This document shows, piece after piece, positions 14,594 to 24,679 of a stretch of 64,000 bases of DNA. The translations under genes were made by a program, and so were the position numbers. The first letter of the stretch is position 1. Each line of letters opens with the position of its first letter. The notes beneath the pieces were generated by a model, which saw nothing but the letters and a program-made list of their open reading frames with translations, ran no database searches and was not told the DNA's origin. Origin of the DNA: an uncultured Gammaproteobacteria bacterium (lineage in GTDB: Bacteria > Pseudomonadota > Gammaproteobacteria > Steroidobacterales > Steroidobacteraceae); assembly GCA_963846315.1 (NCBI GenBank), contig CAWJVM010000007.1:24288-88287 (forward strand), given 5' to 3'.

Positions 14594-15630
14594 TTCGAGT
14601 CCCTTGCCAGGACATTGGCCAGCACCTGGCCGGGCGCGACGCGCGCGCCGTTGCGTATGACTTCGAAGTGCAGGTGCGGCCCAGTCGAGCGGCCGGTGGA
14701 ACCGACCGCGGCAATCTTCTGCCGGGGCATCACGAATTCGCCTGCGCGTACGTAAAGAGTCGAGCAGTGACCGTACAAAGTCTGCAGGCCGTGACCGTGG
14801 TCAATGACGACGGCTTTGCCATACGGACCACGAAAGCCTGCCGAGAGCACGCGGCCTCCGCCACTCGCCAGGATCGCGGTGCCGTACGCCGCCGGTATGT
14901 CCAGGCCCATGTGCCGCGCGAGGCGCCCCGTGAATGGATCGTGGCGAACGCCGAAGCCCGAGGTGATCGTCGGCATGCGCCCCGGCACCGGAACTCGATT
15001 CGGGTACGCCAATGTGGTGAGGTCGCGGTCGGCCTGCACGGCGGCCAGGTGATCGAGCGAGGCCTGCAGCAGGTCGATTTCGGCTTCCAGATGTGAGAGA
15101 CCCCTGCCAAAGCCACCCGTCGCGGGATTCGCGGTCGCAGAAGACATCGTCGCGTTGCCGTCGAGCGGCAACAATGGCCCGCCTCGAGGCCGGTCTGCGC
15201 CACCGTCCTGCCGGTCTGCGGTGACGACGGGAAGTTTCGACCGTGCGATGCCGAGTCGCCCTGCAAGCGCAGCCGCCTCGATTTCCAGACGGATCAGCCG
15301 GCCAGACAGGTCGCCGATCCGGTCGGCAACCACCCGGCCTTCCGGGCGCGCCAGGTCAAGTGAACCGCTTGCGCTGGCCATCGTCGCCGAGGCGCGCTCG
15401 CTCACAGTGGCCTTTGCCAGGTTGTAGCCGAGGGTGATGCAGCCAGTCGCCAGCGCGACTGTGACCAGCAGAACGCAGGCAAGCACGCGACCGGCCCCTA
15501 TCGTCCGCATCCGGCAGGCTGACATCGGACCTGCAGCGACGATAATGAATGCCACACAATCACCAATGGTTGCGATGACCGTACTTAAACTCGGCGCGCC
15601 AACCGAGACAACCTTTGGCGGGTCGAGCAC
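14590..15630 (-). CDS. M23 family metallopeptidase (LytM-type)
   Basis: The C-terminus HMGLDIPAAYGTAILASGGGRV...AVVIDHGHGLQTLYGHCS...GSTGRSTGPHLHFEV carries the HxxxD and HxH motifs. A later start (MRTIGAG, about 15510) is possible. Confidence 0.85.
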   Translation of the reverse strand: MLDPPKVVSVGAPSLSTVIATIGDCVAFIIVAAGPMSACRMRTIGAGRVLACVLLVTVALATGCITLGYNLAKATVSERASATMASASGSLDLARPEGRVVADRIGDLSGRLIRLEIEAAALAGRLGIARSKLPVVTADRQDGGADRPRGGPLLPLDGNATMSSATANPATGGFGRGLSHLEAEIDLLQASLDHLAAVQADRDLTTLAYPNRVPVPGRMPTITSGFGVRHDPFTGRLARHMGLDIPAAYGTAILASGGGRVLSAGFRGPYGKAVVIDHGHGLQTLYGHCSTLYVRAGEFVMPRQKIAAVGSTGRSTGPHLHFEVIRNGARVAPGQVLANVLARDSN

Positions 15631-15718
15631 GCTAATATGTGATGCGGTCCGCAGCTTTTGACGCTGGCACTTCCTGCCGTTACCCTGCCCTTCCGCTACC
15701 GATGAGGACTACGACTTC

Positions 15719-15859
15719 ATGGCCAGACCCCCGAATTACTCACAGCAGAAACAGCAGCGCGAACAGGCCGCCAGGAAAAAGCGTGACGAAAAGCAGCAGC
15801 GTCGTCAGGAAAAGAAAGAAGAAGCCCCGCCTGCTCCCGGCCCCACCGACGGCAGGTGA
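15719..15859 (+). CDS. small Lys/Arg/Gln/Glu-rich protein (46 aa)
   Basis: Own reading: ATG 15719 preceded by GAGGA. Product MARPPNYSQQKQQREQAARKKRDEKQQRRQEKKEEAPPAPGPTDGR. Below the ORF-track size cut-off. Confidence 0.35.
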   Translation: MARPPNYSQQKQQREQAARKKRDEKQQRRQEKKEEAPPAPGPTDGR

Positions 15860-15902
15860 CACTGGCCGCCCTCGCTGGATCCGATGATCGCACCGTGACC
15901 GC

Positions 15903-18010
15903 ATGGACCGGCGGACCCGCCGCCTATACAGTCGGACCGTGCACACGCTCACTCCGGAACTTCAGGCACTTCACGCCGAAGGCCTGATCGACGACGCCAC
16001 GGCCACCCGCGCGCTGGCTCGTGAGCGCAGGGAGCCGTTCTCCCTGCATGCCGAGTTACGTGCAACCCTGTACGCGGGCGTGCTGCTGGTGATGGCAGGT
16101 GTCGGCATCATCCTGGCGCGCAATCTCGACCGAATCGGACCATTGGCCATCGTGCTGGCCATTGCGCTCGCCGCGACCGCGTGTGCCGTGCCTGCGGTGC
16201 GAGCCAGGATCGCGGGCCGCGAGGTCAACGTCGCAGGCGACTACCTGTTGCTGCTCGCCGCCCTGCTGGTGAGCGCAGACCTCGCCTACGCTGAGCGTCA
16301 GTTCGCCCTGCTCGGGCCGTTGTGGTCGTGGCACCTGTTGCTGCTGGCAGTCGTGCACGCGGTCATCGCGTATACCTTCGCCTCCCCGCTCGTACTCACG
16401 GCGTCGCTTGCGGCACTGGCCGGCTGGTTCGGTGTCGGCGGTTCCCTCGGCGACGCGCTGCATTTCTCGCACTCGAGTCCGGCGCTCGGCGCGCGTGCCC
16501 TCGCCTGCGCCACGGTACTTGCGGGTTGGCGCTATGCAGATCGCCGCACCCGGCCGGACACGACGTTCAGCGACGTGTTCGACCACTTCACGGCGAACCT
16601 GGCGTTCTGGGGCGCGATCGCGTGGTGCATCGAATGGCCGTGGCTCGCAGCCGGGTTGCCATTGCTGTTGGTGCTTGTCGTATGTATCGGTCCGCCGCGG
16701 ACTCGACACGGGCCGCGAGTCGTACCTCGTCTATGGGATCGTGTACGCGGCGATCGGTCTCTGCGTCGCGGTCGTGCCGCACCTCCATGGCATGACGACG
16801 TCGATGAGCTTTCGTGTTGCTCGTCGTGAGCGCCGCGGCGACGACGTTGTGGCACACACGCCGTCGCTTGCGGGAACCGAGTCGCATGAAGAGTCGCTGG
16901 CGTCCGTCGCCCGACGAGGAGCGTTGGCTCGAGGTGGCGTCCGAGCTGGGCGCGGCGGCTCCGTCTGCCGCCCTGGCCGAGCGTGCCGGCGGCTGGCGCA
17001 GCCACCGGCCTGCTCGCGCGCATCGCGCTTTTCGTTCTCGGTCTCGTTGCAGCGGCCCTGCTGCTCGGCATTTCCGGCTTCGACAGCGAGATCTCGCTGC
17101 TCGTCGCGGGACTCGTCATCGCGCTCGTCGCCGAGTGGCTCACTGTTACCAAGCGACTGCACGCGTCCGGCATCGAGGAAGGCCTCTGCTGTCGCCGGGT
17201 ACTTCATGATCGGTCTCTGGATCACGACGCTGTTCAAGTCGCAGCCCAATTTCGCCGGCGGCTCGGCGGACACGTTGTTGCTGATCGCGGCGGTCGGTCG
17301 CGTGGGGCTGCGGCTGCTGAATCCCTTCGTGACGACCTGCGCCGTGCTCGCGTTCGTCTACTGGACGGATTCGACTGCGGCCGCACATGCACTCGACCAG
17401 GTCATTGGCGATGGCCTGACGACGTTCGTCTTTGGCTGCGCGCTTGCGGCGCTTGCGCTGACCCTGGGCGCGCGGGAGTACCGCCGGCCGTCGCACGACC
17501 GCATGCTCGACTGGCTGGTCGCGACGCTGCCGGTCGCCACCTACGTGCAGCGTGCGCCGTGGAACGCCTACGAGATGCCTGTACGCGCCGAACGGGCCTG
17601 GTTCGGGCAGGCTGGCGACGGCAGTGCTGCTGTGCGCGCTCGCCGTCGCGATGTTGCTTGCGGGCCTGCGCCGTCGTCGACACGCGCCATTGATTGGCTT
17701 CATGGGTTGCGTTGCCTGCCTCGCGGTGGAGCTGCGCCTCGCTGCCACACTGGCTACCGAGACCTGGCTCATCCTGTACGGACTGTTCGCGTTGGTCGCG
17801 GGCGTGACATTGGACCGTTACCTGCGCCAACCGCGCAACGGCCTGACGTCGGTGGCACTGACTCACCGCGAGGGACCGTTCGACCTGTTGCAGACCGCGG
17901 GCGCGGCAGTGCTCGCGCAACATTCGAGCTCGCAGCCCACGCGTGCCGAGTCTGCCGTCGCTGCAGGCGAGGGACGCTTCGGCGGCGGCGGCGCCAGCGG
18001 CAGCTTTTGA
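15903..18010 (+). pseudogene. one or two polytopic membrane-protein genes (DUF2157-like N-terminus) interrupted by about 5 frameshifts
   Basis: Membrane-like, GC3-rich coding signal hops between frames:
- frame 0 from 15903 to about 16690
- frame 1 to about 16805 (LVYGIVYAAIGLCVAVV)
- frame 2 to about 16985 (AFVLLVVSAAATTLWHTRRR...MKSRWRPSPDEERWLEVA)
- frame 0 to about 17190 (LLARIALFVLGLVAAALLLG...)
- frame 1 to about 17560 (GYFMIGLWITTLF...)
- frame 2 to 18010 (LATAVLLCALAVAMLLAG...)
Out-of-frame tails are Arg/Pro-rich nonsense. Confidence 0.55.
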
Positions 18011-18053
18011 ACCTCGCTGCGAGAGTCCGGGGTGAAGGTCTCGGCGCCGTCCG

Positions 18054-19578
18054 CTACTTCGCGCTCTTCGCCGCTGCCAGGCCTGCCACCGACAGCCTGC
18101 GGTTCGGGTGCGTGACTAGCGTCTTCTCGTACGCGCTTGCGGCTTCAGCCGGCTTCCCGGCTGCCAACAACAGGTCGCCGAGCAGTTCGTCGAGGGGTTT
18201 CGCCGAATACGGCGGCCCGTACTCGAACGCCATCGCATCGGACCGTGCGGCCGCGTCTCGCACGAGCTGGAGTCCGACCTCTTGCTTGCCCTGTGCGAAC
18301 CGAATCGCTCCTTCGAGCGCAGTGGCGAGATTTCCGCCCTGCGCGAGTTCCTCCGGCGTGACGCTGTCATAGCGGCTCGCGACTGACCCCCACCGCGTGT
18401 TTCCCTGCCGCTTCGGTACGCGTCCTGAGCCGTTGCAGCAACGCCTCGGCGGCTGCGATGTCGCCAGTCCGAGCTGCCGCCACACCGCGAGCAAAATCGT
18501 ACGCGGCGAAGGGATACGTCGCCTTGATGCCCGATTCGTCGACATCGGCCCATGCAGCCGGCTCGGTGCTGCCGGTCTCGACGATCCACAGTCGCGCGAT
18601 CGTAGGCCAGGCTCGCGCGGTTGGCCTGCGTCGGTTGTCGTGCGAGGTCGTCTTCGACGATCTGCAGGAGTTTCGCGGCCTCCTCGCGCTTGCCCTGCTG
18701 CAGGTACGCGTATTCGAGCCATTCCAGCGCGTGATAGCCACCCTGACCCTGTGCTGCGTGCCGTCGCGAGTGAAGCGACATTGGCCTCGATCGCGTCGTC
18801 CCACATCCCCAGGGCGAAGAAGATGTGCGACGGCATGTGCTGCGCGTGCGACGCGGCCGGTGCAATCTTGCCGTAGCGACGGGCGGCTCGCAGGCCCAGC
18901 GGCGCGTGCACGGGATCGTCGTAGGCGTGAATGAGGTAATGCAGTGCGCCCGGATGACGCGGGTTGATCTCGTAGACGGCTTCGGCCTCTGCCGCCGCAC
19001 GCATGTAGTTGGCCGTGTTGCGAGTGCTGCCGGTCAGGCCGAGCCAGGACAGGGCATAGAACGAGCGAGCGTCCTGGTCGTCGGGAAACCTGGCTGCCAG
19101 TTCTCCCAGCGCCCGATTGAAACTGGCATCCCGCTCGGGCTTCGTGCCATCGCCATACAGCGCCTCGACAGCGGCCAGGTAGCCCCGCTCGCGCTCGGTC
19201 GGCGCCTTGGCCAGTCGATCCGCGCTGGTCGCGCCGAAGCGCTGCAAGGCCGCGCGCGCGGCGGCGAGGTCCTGCTCGTCCCAGATCGGCATGTTGTAGC
19301 TGAGTGCCTCGCCCCAGTACGCCATCGCGAAGCCTGGATCCTTTGACTGCGCGGCACGGAAGGCCTTGCGTGCCGCGTCGAACTCGAAGCTGTGCAGCAG
19401 CAACAGTCCGCGCATGAAGTCGGGCTGGGCCGCGGCGGCACCGGAGTTCGGAAAGTTCGTCTCGCCAAGATCACCGACGACCGCGTCGGGCGGCGGCGCC
19501 TTTCTCATGGGCGAACACAGGGTGGCTGCAGCTCAATGCCAGCAGCAGCGCGGCGGCACGGGCGAGTAAGCCGGTCAT
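18054..19578 (-). pseudogene. secreted TPR-like repeat protein interrupted by about 4 frameshifts
   Basis: The signal peptide MTGLLARAAALLLALSCSHPVFA (ATG 19578) is out of frame with the 484-aa track ORF. Sensible sequence then continues in the frames of 18116..19000 (GGYHALEWLEYAYLQQGKREEAAKLLQIVEDDL) and 18367..18804 (IARLWIVETGSTEPAAWADVDESGIKATYPFAAYDFARG), before returning to the first frame (YDSVTPEELAQGGN...). Junctions at about 19495, 18740, 18605 and 18385. Confidence 0.6.
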
Positions 19579-19756
19579 CGGATCGTTCCCCCTGGTCGGT
19601 CACGGCGAACCGACCTCTTTAACCGTCCGCTCTGTCCCTTACCGCACGGACAACGCCTGGAAGTTCTCAGATAGTCGCTCGGTCGCGCATCAGCATGCAA
19701 GGTTGTCCGCCCTCATGCGACTGCGTTGGGATGCCCACCTCACCGGAGAGATGAAA

Positions 19757-20086
19757 ATGGAATATGACACACTGGCACGAATCGATACCAATGCCGAGGA
19801 GGCGTATTGGCGCCAGAATTTCTCGACTCGGCCCTATGTGCCCAGTGGCACGCCGTTCATCGAATATCGGTCAGCCTATCGCTATGGTGCCGACGCCCAC
19901 ACCAAGTACCCCGGCCGCACGTTCGAAAACGCAGAGTCCGAACTGATGCAGGATTGGAACAGCTTCAAGGGTACATCCAGCCTGACCTGGGACAAGGCCA
20001 AGCTCGCTGCGCACGATGCGTGGCAGCGTGTCAGCGACTACATCGAACGTGTTGCGCCCTGGGATTCCGATCGCGACGGACAGTAG
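19757..20086 (+). CDS. hypothetical protein
   Basis: MEYDTLARIDTNAEEAYWRQNFSTRPYV... GGAGAG lies upstream of ATG 19751/19757. No recognised motif. Confidence 0.55.
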   Translation: MEYDTLARIDTNAEEAYWRQNFSTRPYVPSGTPFIEYRSAYRYGADAHTKYPGRTFENAESELMQDWNSFKGTSSLTWDKAKLAAHDAWQRVSDYIERVAPWDSDRDGQ

Positions 20087-20138
20087 CCGTTCGATTCAGT
20101 TGGTTTCTTCAGCGCTCCAGCGCTCGCGCAGGCCTGGC

Positions 20139-20579
20139 CTACGCCACCCGCAACGTGGCCTGCAGCGTGATCTCGGGAACGCTCGCCAGCGCCTTCGAGA
20201 GAGGACACTCCCGCTTGGCCGCATGCGCGATTTCCTGGAATGTCGCTTCACTGATGCCAGGCACCGTGGCGTCCATCGTCAGCGCGATCCGGTCGATGAC
20301 GAAGCCGTCGCCCTGCTTGACCAGGCGTACGTTGGCCCGGGTATCGACAGCCTGAGTGGCCAGCCCTGCCCGGTCGCAGGCGAATGAAAAGGCCATCGTG
20401 AAGCACGCCGCGTGCGCCGCACCCAGGATCTCCTCGGGGTTGGTGCCGCGGCGGTCGTCCTCGAAGCGGCTGGCAAACCCGTAGGGGTAGCTCTTGAGCG
20501 CGCCGGTTTCGGTGCTGATGGTTCCCTTGCCCTGTTTGCCCTGGCCTTCCCAGTGCACGCTGGCGGTCTTTTCGTTCAT
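20139..20579 (-). CDS. OsmC family peroxiredoxin
   Basis: 146 aa. WEGQGKQGKGTIST...GTNPEEILGAAHAACFTMAF...ITL is the OsmC pattern with two conserved Cys residues. Confidence 0.85.
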   Translation of the reverse strand: MNEKTASVHWEGQGKQGKGTISTETGALKSYPYGFASRFEDDRRGTNPEEILGAAHAACFTMAFSFACDRAGLATQAVDTRANVRLVKQGDGFVIDRIALTMDATVPGISEATFQEIAHAAKRECPLSKALASVPEITLQATLRVA

Positions 20580-20730
20580 CGAGTGTGCCTGCTGATTGGA
20601 TAGTGGATCTGGCGAATGTTGGAAAACGCCGCTGTGCCCGTCTGTACGTCACCGCACCCAGATCGCGTGCGTCCTGGTCGACAATGCCTGCACAGACCGG
20701 CCTTGTTCGTTGCCCTTGGGAGAAATGCAG

Positions 20731-22099
20731 ATGGCACGACGACTGATCATCATCGGCGGTGATGCCGCGGGCATGTCCGCAGCGTCGCAGGCGCGACGCA
20801 TGTCCTCCCCCCAGGCGCTCCAGGTCGTGGCTTTCGAGCGCACGTCTCGAACGTCCTATGCCGCCTGCGGCCTCCCCTACCTGGTTGGCGGGTTGGTGCA
20901 GGCACCGGACCGGCTCGTCGTCCGTACACCCGAAGCGCACAGGGCCAATGGCATCGACGTTCGGATTCGTCACGAGGCCATTGCGGTGGACTGTGCGCAA
21001 CAGACTGTCAGCGTGCGCAATCTCGATACCGGTCAGGTCGCGGTCGAACCGTACGACGAACTCGTCCTCGCGACGGGCGCGTCGGGCATCACGCCCCCTT
21101 GGCCAGGCGTCGACGCATCCGGTGTGCTGCAGTTGCGCACGCTCGACGACGCAGGGGACCTCGATCGACGGATCGCCGCGGGCGCCCGGCGCGCCGTCGT
21201 TGTCGGCGCCGGCTACATCGGACTCGAAGTCGCGGAGAACCTGCTTGCACGCGGCATGGAGGTCACGGTGATCGAACGGCTCGACGCGCCCATGGGAACC
21301 GCGCTCGACGCCGACATGGCTGCCAGTGTCGCGGATGCGATGCGTGCCGCGGGGATCGACCTGCGGCTGGCTACCGCAGTGACGGGCTTCACGACGGCAG
21401 ATGGACATGTCGCCGCCGTGACGACCGCGACGGAGAGTTTCCCGGCCGACCTGGTCGTGATCGGCCTGGGTGTGCGACCCAATTCGGAACTGGCACGAGC
21501 GGCGGGAATCGGCGTGGGCAAGGCCGGTGGCATCACCGTCGACGACCAGTTGCGCACGGACACGCCACACGTATGGGCCGCCGGCGATTGCGTCGAGTCC
21601 CGGCATCGCGTCACGGGTCGCTCCGTCGTCATCGCCCTGGGCACGCATGCCAACAAGCAGGGCCGCGTTGCCGGCACCAACATCGCTGGCGGCCAGGCCG
21701 TATTCGGTGGCGTGCTGGGCACGGCAATCACCCGGTTCCAGGGCGTCGAGATCGCCTGTACGGGCCTCACCGAGCGGGAAGCCGCAGCCGCCGGTTACGA
21801 CGCCATCGGGGTGATCACGGAGTCTTCGAGCCGTGCGGGCTACTATCCGGGTGCAGAGCCCATGAAGATCAAGATCCTGGCCGAGCGCGGGACGGGCCGG
21901 CTACTGGGCGCCCAGATCGTCGGTGGCGAAGGTTCGGGCAAACGCATCGATGTCCTCGCCACCGCGCTGTGGAACAACATGACCGTCGCGGAAATGGGCG
22001 GCATGGACCTTTCCTACGCACCGCCCTTTCTCGCCCGTGTGGGATCCCGTGCTGCTGGCAGCGGGCAAGGCGGCAGCGCAAATCAGCAACAGCAAGTAA
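20731..22099 (+). CDS. pyridine nucleotide-disulfide oxidoreductase (CoA-disulfide reductase / NADH oxidase family), frameshifted near the 3' end
   Basis: MARRLIIIGGDAAGMSAA (FAD GxGxxG), VVVGAGYIGLE (NAD site), WAAGDC. After ...DLSYAPPF the expected tail SPVWDPVLLAAGKAAAQISNSK-stop (TAA 22097-22099) is in the +1 frame. One extra base lies in CCCTTTCTC (22024-22032). The track therefore shows an artefactual 824-aa fusion. Confidence 0.75.
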
Positions 22100-22209
22100 T
22101 TGCAGCATGCTTGCCCGCCAGACCCCGCGTTCTGGGGATGACCGGCAGCAGGCGCGCTCCGACCGTTACCGTGATCGGGGGTGTCCAACATCGGTATGAT
22201 CCCGCGCCA

Positions 22210-23070
22210 ATGAAAACCCCCATCGAGCTGCAGCCTCTGGTCGACGACGGCGTGATCGACGAGGTCCTCCGTTCGCTGAAGAGCGGCAAGGAAGCAACCG
22301 TCTACCTGGTGCATTCGCGCACCGGGACGCTGTGCGCCAAGGTCTACCGCAACATGGCGCAGCGCAGCTTCCAGAAGCGCGCCCAGTACCAGGAAGGACG
22401 CAAGGTGCGCGGCAGCCGCCAGGCTCGCGCCATGAGCAAGAGCACGTCGTTCGGTCGTGCGGAGCAGGAAGCGGCGTGGAAGAACGCCGAGGTGGATGCG
22501 CTGTACCAGCTGATCGCCGCTGACGTGCGTGTGCCACGCCCCTACGGCTATTTCGATGGTGTCCTGCTGATGGAACTCGTCGCGGACGCGGACGGGAATC
22601 CGGCGCCTCGCCTTGGCGAGGTCGACCTTTCAGCCGAGACCGCCCGCGAGTACCACCGCTTCCTGATCCGGCAGGTCGTGCGGATGCTGTGCGTGGGACT
22701 CATTCATGGCGACCTGTCTGAATTCAACGTGCTGGTCGCGCCCGACGGTCCCGTGATCATCGACCTGCCGCAGGTCGTCAATGCAGCGGGCAACAACGCG
22801 GCGCTGGCGATGCTCGAGCGTGACGTCAACAACCTGCGCGCCACGCTCGGACGCTTTGCGCCTGAGCTGCTGGTCACTGAGTACGCGAGGGAAATGTGGT
22901 CGCTGTTCGAGCAAGGCGAACTGCGGCCGGAAACCGAACTGACAGGTGTATTCGCACGCGATGACACCATCGTCGATCCGGACGACGTCATGCTCGTCAT
23001 CGACGACGCGCGCGAGGAAGAGATCCAGCGTCGCCTGAGCCTGGTGAGCGAGCCGCTCGACGGGTTCTAG
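22210..23070 (+). CDS. RIO1-like atypical protein kinase
   Basis: ATG 22210: MKTPIELQPLVDDGVIDEVLRSLKSGKEATVYLV...LIHGDLSEFNVLV...VIIDLPQ is the RIO kinase pattern (catalytic HGDLSEFN, DxPQ). Confidence 0.8.
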   Translation: MKTPIELQPLVDDGVIDEVLRSLKSGKEATVYLVHSRTGTLCAKVYRNMAQRSFQKRAQYQEGRKVRGSRQARAMSKSTSFGRAEQEAAWKNAEVDALYQLIAADVRVPRPYGYFDGVLLMELVADADGNPAPRLGEVDLSAETAREYHRFLIRQVVRMLCVGLIHGDLSEFNVLVAPDGPVIIDLPQVVNAAGNNAALAMLERDVNNLRATLGRFAPELLVTEYAREMWSLFEQGELRPETELTGVFARDDTIVDPDDVMLVIDDAREEEIQRRLSLVSEPLDGF

Positions 23071-23477
23071 CGGCTCGCCGTCCGCTTCTTCTTCCGCCAC
23101 GAAGGCTGCACGGCCAGCCGGACCTTGCCCACCTTGCGGTCGGCAATCGAGCTCAGCACCAGACGGCCACGATCGTCGACTTCGCAAGGTACGACGTACA
23201 CGCCCGGACGCAGCAGGGCCTGGATCGCCCGCGCAGCGGGGCGTCGCTTGAACAGCGTGGCCGTCGTCGGGTCGTCGAACGACCACGAGTCGTCCTGGAC
23301 CATGTAGTAAAGCGAGATTCCGGGCAGCGTGGCGCTGACCAGCAGATAGCGGGTCCGGTCCTCCACGTCCTTGACGTGGCGCTCCAGCGCGCGTCGTTGC
23401 GCCGGGGTCAGCGGCGGATCCTCGTCATCGCCGAGAACCTGGGCTGGGGAGGCTTGCTTGCGCTTGCGGACGGCCAT
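23067..23477 (-). CDS. hypothetical protein
   Basis: 136-aa ORF with good GC3 and basic termini. No recognised motif. Confidence 0.5.
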   Translation of the reverse strand: MAVRKRKQASPAQVLGDDEDPPLTPAQRRALERHVKDVEDRTRYLLVSATLPGISLYYMVQDDSWSFDDPTTATLFKRRPAARAIQALLRPGVYVVPCEVDDRGRLVLSSIADRKVGKVRLAVQPSWRKKKRTASR

Positions 23478-23692
23478 GGATCACTCCTGTCGTGCCTCCG
23501 CAATCTTAGCAGGCTGCACGATCCTCGCTGGAACGGTCTTGTCTGTAGGACAAACGGAGGAACTTGGCGCCCTGAACATGCCGCGGTGCGGCAACGTGAT
23601 GCAGCGCAGGGTTCCCGCCAGTCGAGTTGTCGGGGGCTTCGCACTACCGCAGCCTGCAGTGGTCCGACTGGATCGGCACACGGAGTACACCC

Positions 23693-24634
23693 ATGGACAG
23701 GATGGATCCGTCGACTTTGCGCGTCGCCGCGGAGCAATTGCGGGAAGCCGCCGAGGACCACTCGCACTGGCACGAGAACCTGTTGCGCTCGATTTTCTGC
23801 GAGCACCCCATCGACACTGCCGACCTTGCGCCGTCCGCGCATCGCACGTGTGCTTTCGGGCGCTGGTTCTACGACCAGGCGCCGAACGGACTGCGGAGCC
23901 AGGTGAATTTCTCGGTCATGGGCAAGGAACACCAGCGCCTGCACCAGGTTGCAGCCAGGCTGTTGCGCACTACTCGCTCAGAGTCCCCCATCGATCGCGC
24001 CGACTTCGAGGACCTCGTGGCGACCAGTGCGCGGCTGCGCCTGCAGGTCGATTCGCTGCGCACGTCGCTCGAAGGTGCCGTGGGCAATCGCGATGCGCTC
24101 ACCAGCGCCTACGGGCGTGTCGAAATGCTGCCGGCGCTGCAGGAACTGCAGTTGCTGACCCGTCACGGCGGCACGCCCTGCTGCATCGTCTTCATGGACG
24201 TCGATCACCTCAAGCGGATCAACGACCAGCACGGGCACAATGTGGGGGACGCCGTGCTTGCGGGCGTCGTCCGTCACCTCGATCTGCACCTGCGGCCACA
24301 GGACAAGGTGTTCCGTTATGGCGGTGACGAATTCCTGATTGCCTTGCCGGGCGCCAACCTGACGACGGCACATTCGGTGATCACGCGAGTGCGCGAAGGG
24401 CTGGCTGGAAAGTTGCTGATTGCCGGCCCGGACGGAACCACGATGCAGGTGACTGCATCGTTCGGCCTGGCGCTGCTCGATGCCGACGAGGAAGTCAGCC
24501 AGTCGATCGGCCGAGCGGACCAGGCCCTGCTGCTGGCCAAGACGGCCGGGCGGAACCGTGCCATTGCCTGGGACGCAGCGGTGACCACCGGCACCCGTTG
24601 GCGCCTGATCGATGTCGAGGAGCCCTCTTCATAG
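23693..24634 (+). CDS. diguanylate cyclase with N-terminal CZB (zinc-binding chemoreceptor-type) domain, DgcZ-like
   Basis: ATG 23693. HSHWHENLLRSIF...HRTCAFGRWFY is the CZB HxxWHxxL...CxFGxW pattern. The C-terminus has GGDEF (FRYGGDEFLIAL) plus DVDHLKRINDQHGH. Confidence 0.8.
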   Translation: MDRMDPSTLRVAAEQLREAAEDHSHWHENLLRSIFCEHPIDTADLAPSAHRTCAFGRWFYDQAPNGLRSQVNFSVMGKEHQRLHQVAARLLRTTRSESPIDRADFEDLVATSARLRLQVDSLRTSLEGAVGNRDALTSAYGRVEMLPALQELQLLTRHGGTPCCIVFMDVDHLKRINDQHGHNVGDAVLAGVVRHLDLHLRPQDKVFRYGGDEFLIALPGANLTTAHSVITRVREGLAGKLLIAGPDGTTMQVTASFGLALLDADEEVSQSIGRADQALLLAKTAGRNRAIAWDAAVTTGTRWRLIDVEEPSS

Positions 24635-24644
24635 TGTTGAACAG

Positions 24645-24673
24645 CTTGCAAACGCAAGTATCTCGGCTATACT
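24645..24673 (+). promoter_or_regulatory. candidate sigma70 promoter with embedded palindrome upstream of marR-type gene
   Basis: TTGCAA (24646-24651), 16-nt spacer, TATACT (24668-24673). Inverted repeat CTTGC-AAAC-GCAAG (24645-24658). The ATG is at 24680, only 6 nt after the -10, so the transcript would be leaderless or nearly so. Confidence 0.35.
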
Positions 24674-24679
24674 TTCGGC

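Noticed and set aside
20596-23070. 824-aa ORF as a genuine oxidoreductase-RIO kinase fusion protein.
   Set aside because: The linker region is low-complexity nonsense. The normal oxidoreductase C-terminus and stop are present in the +1 frame. The kinase has its own ATG at 22210.
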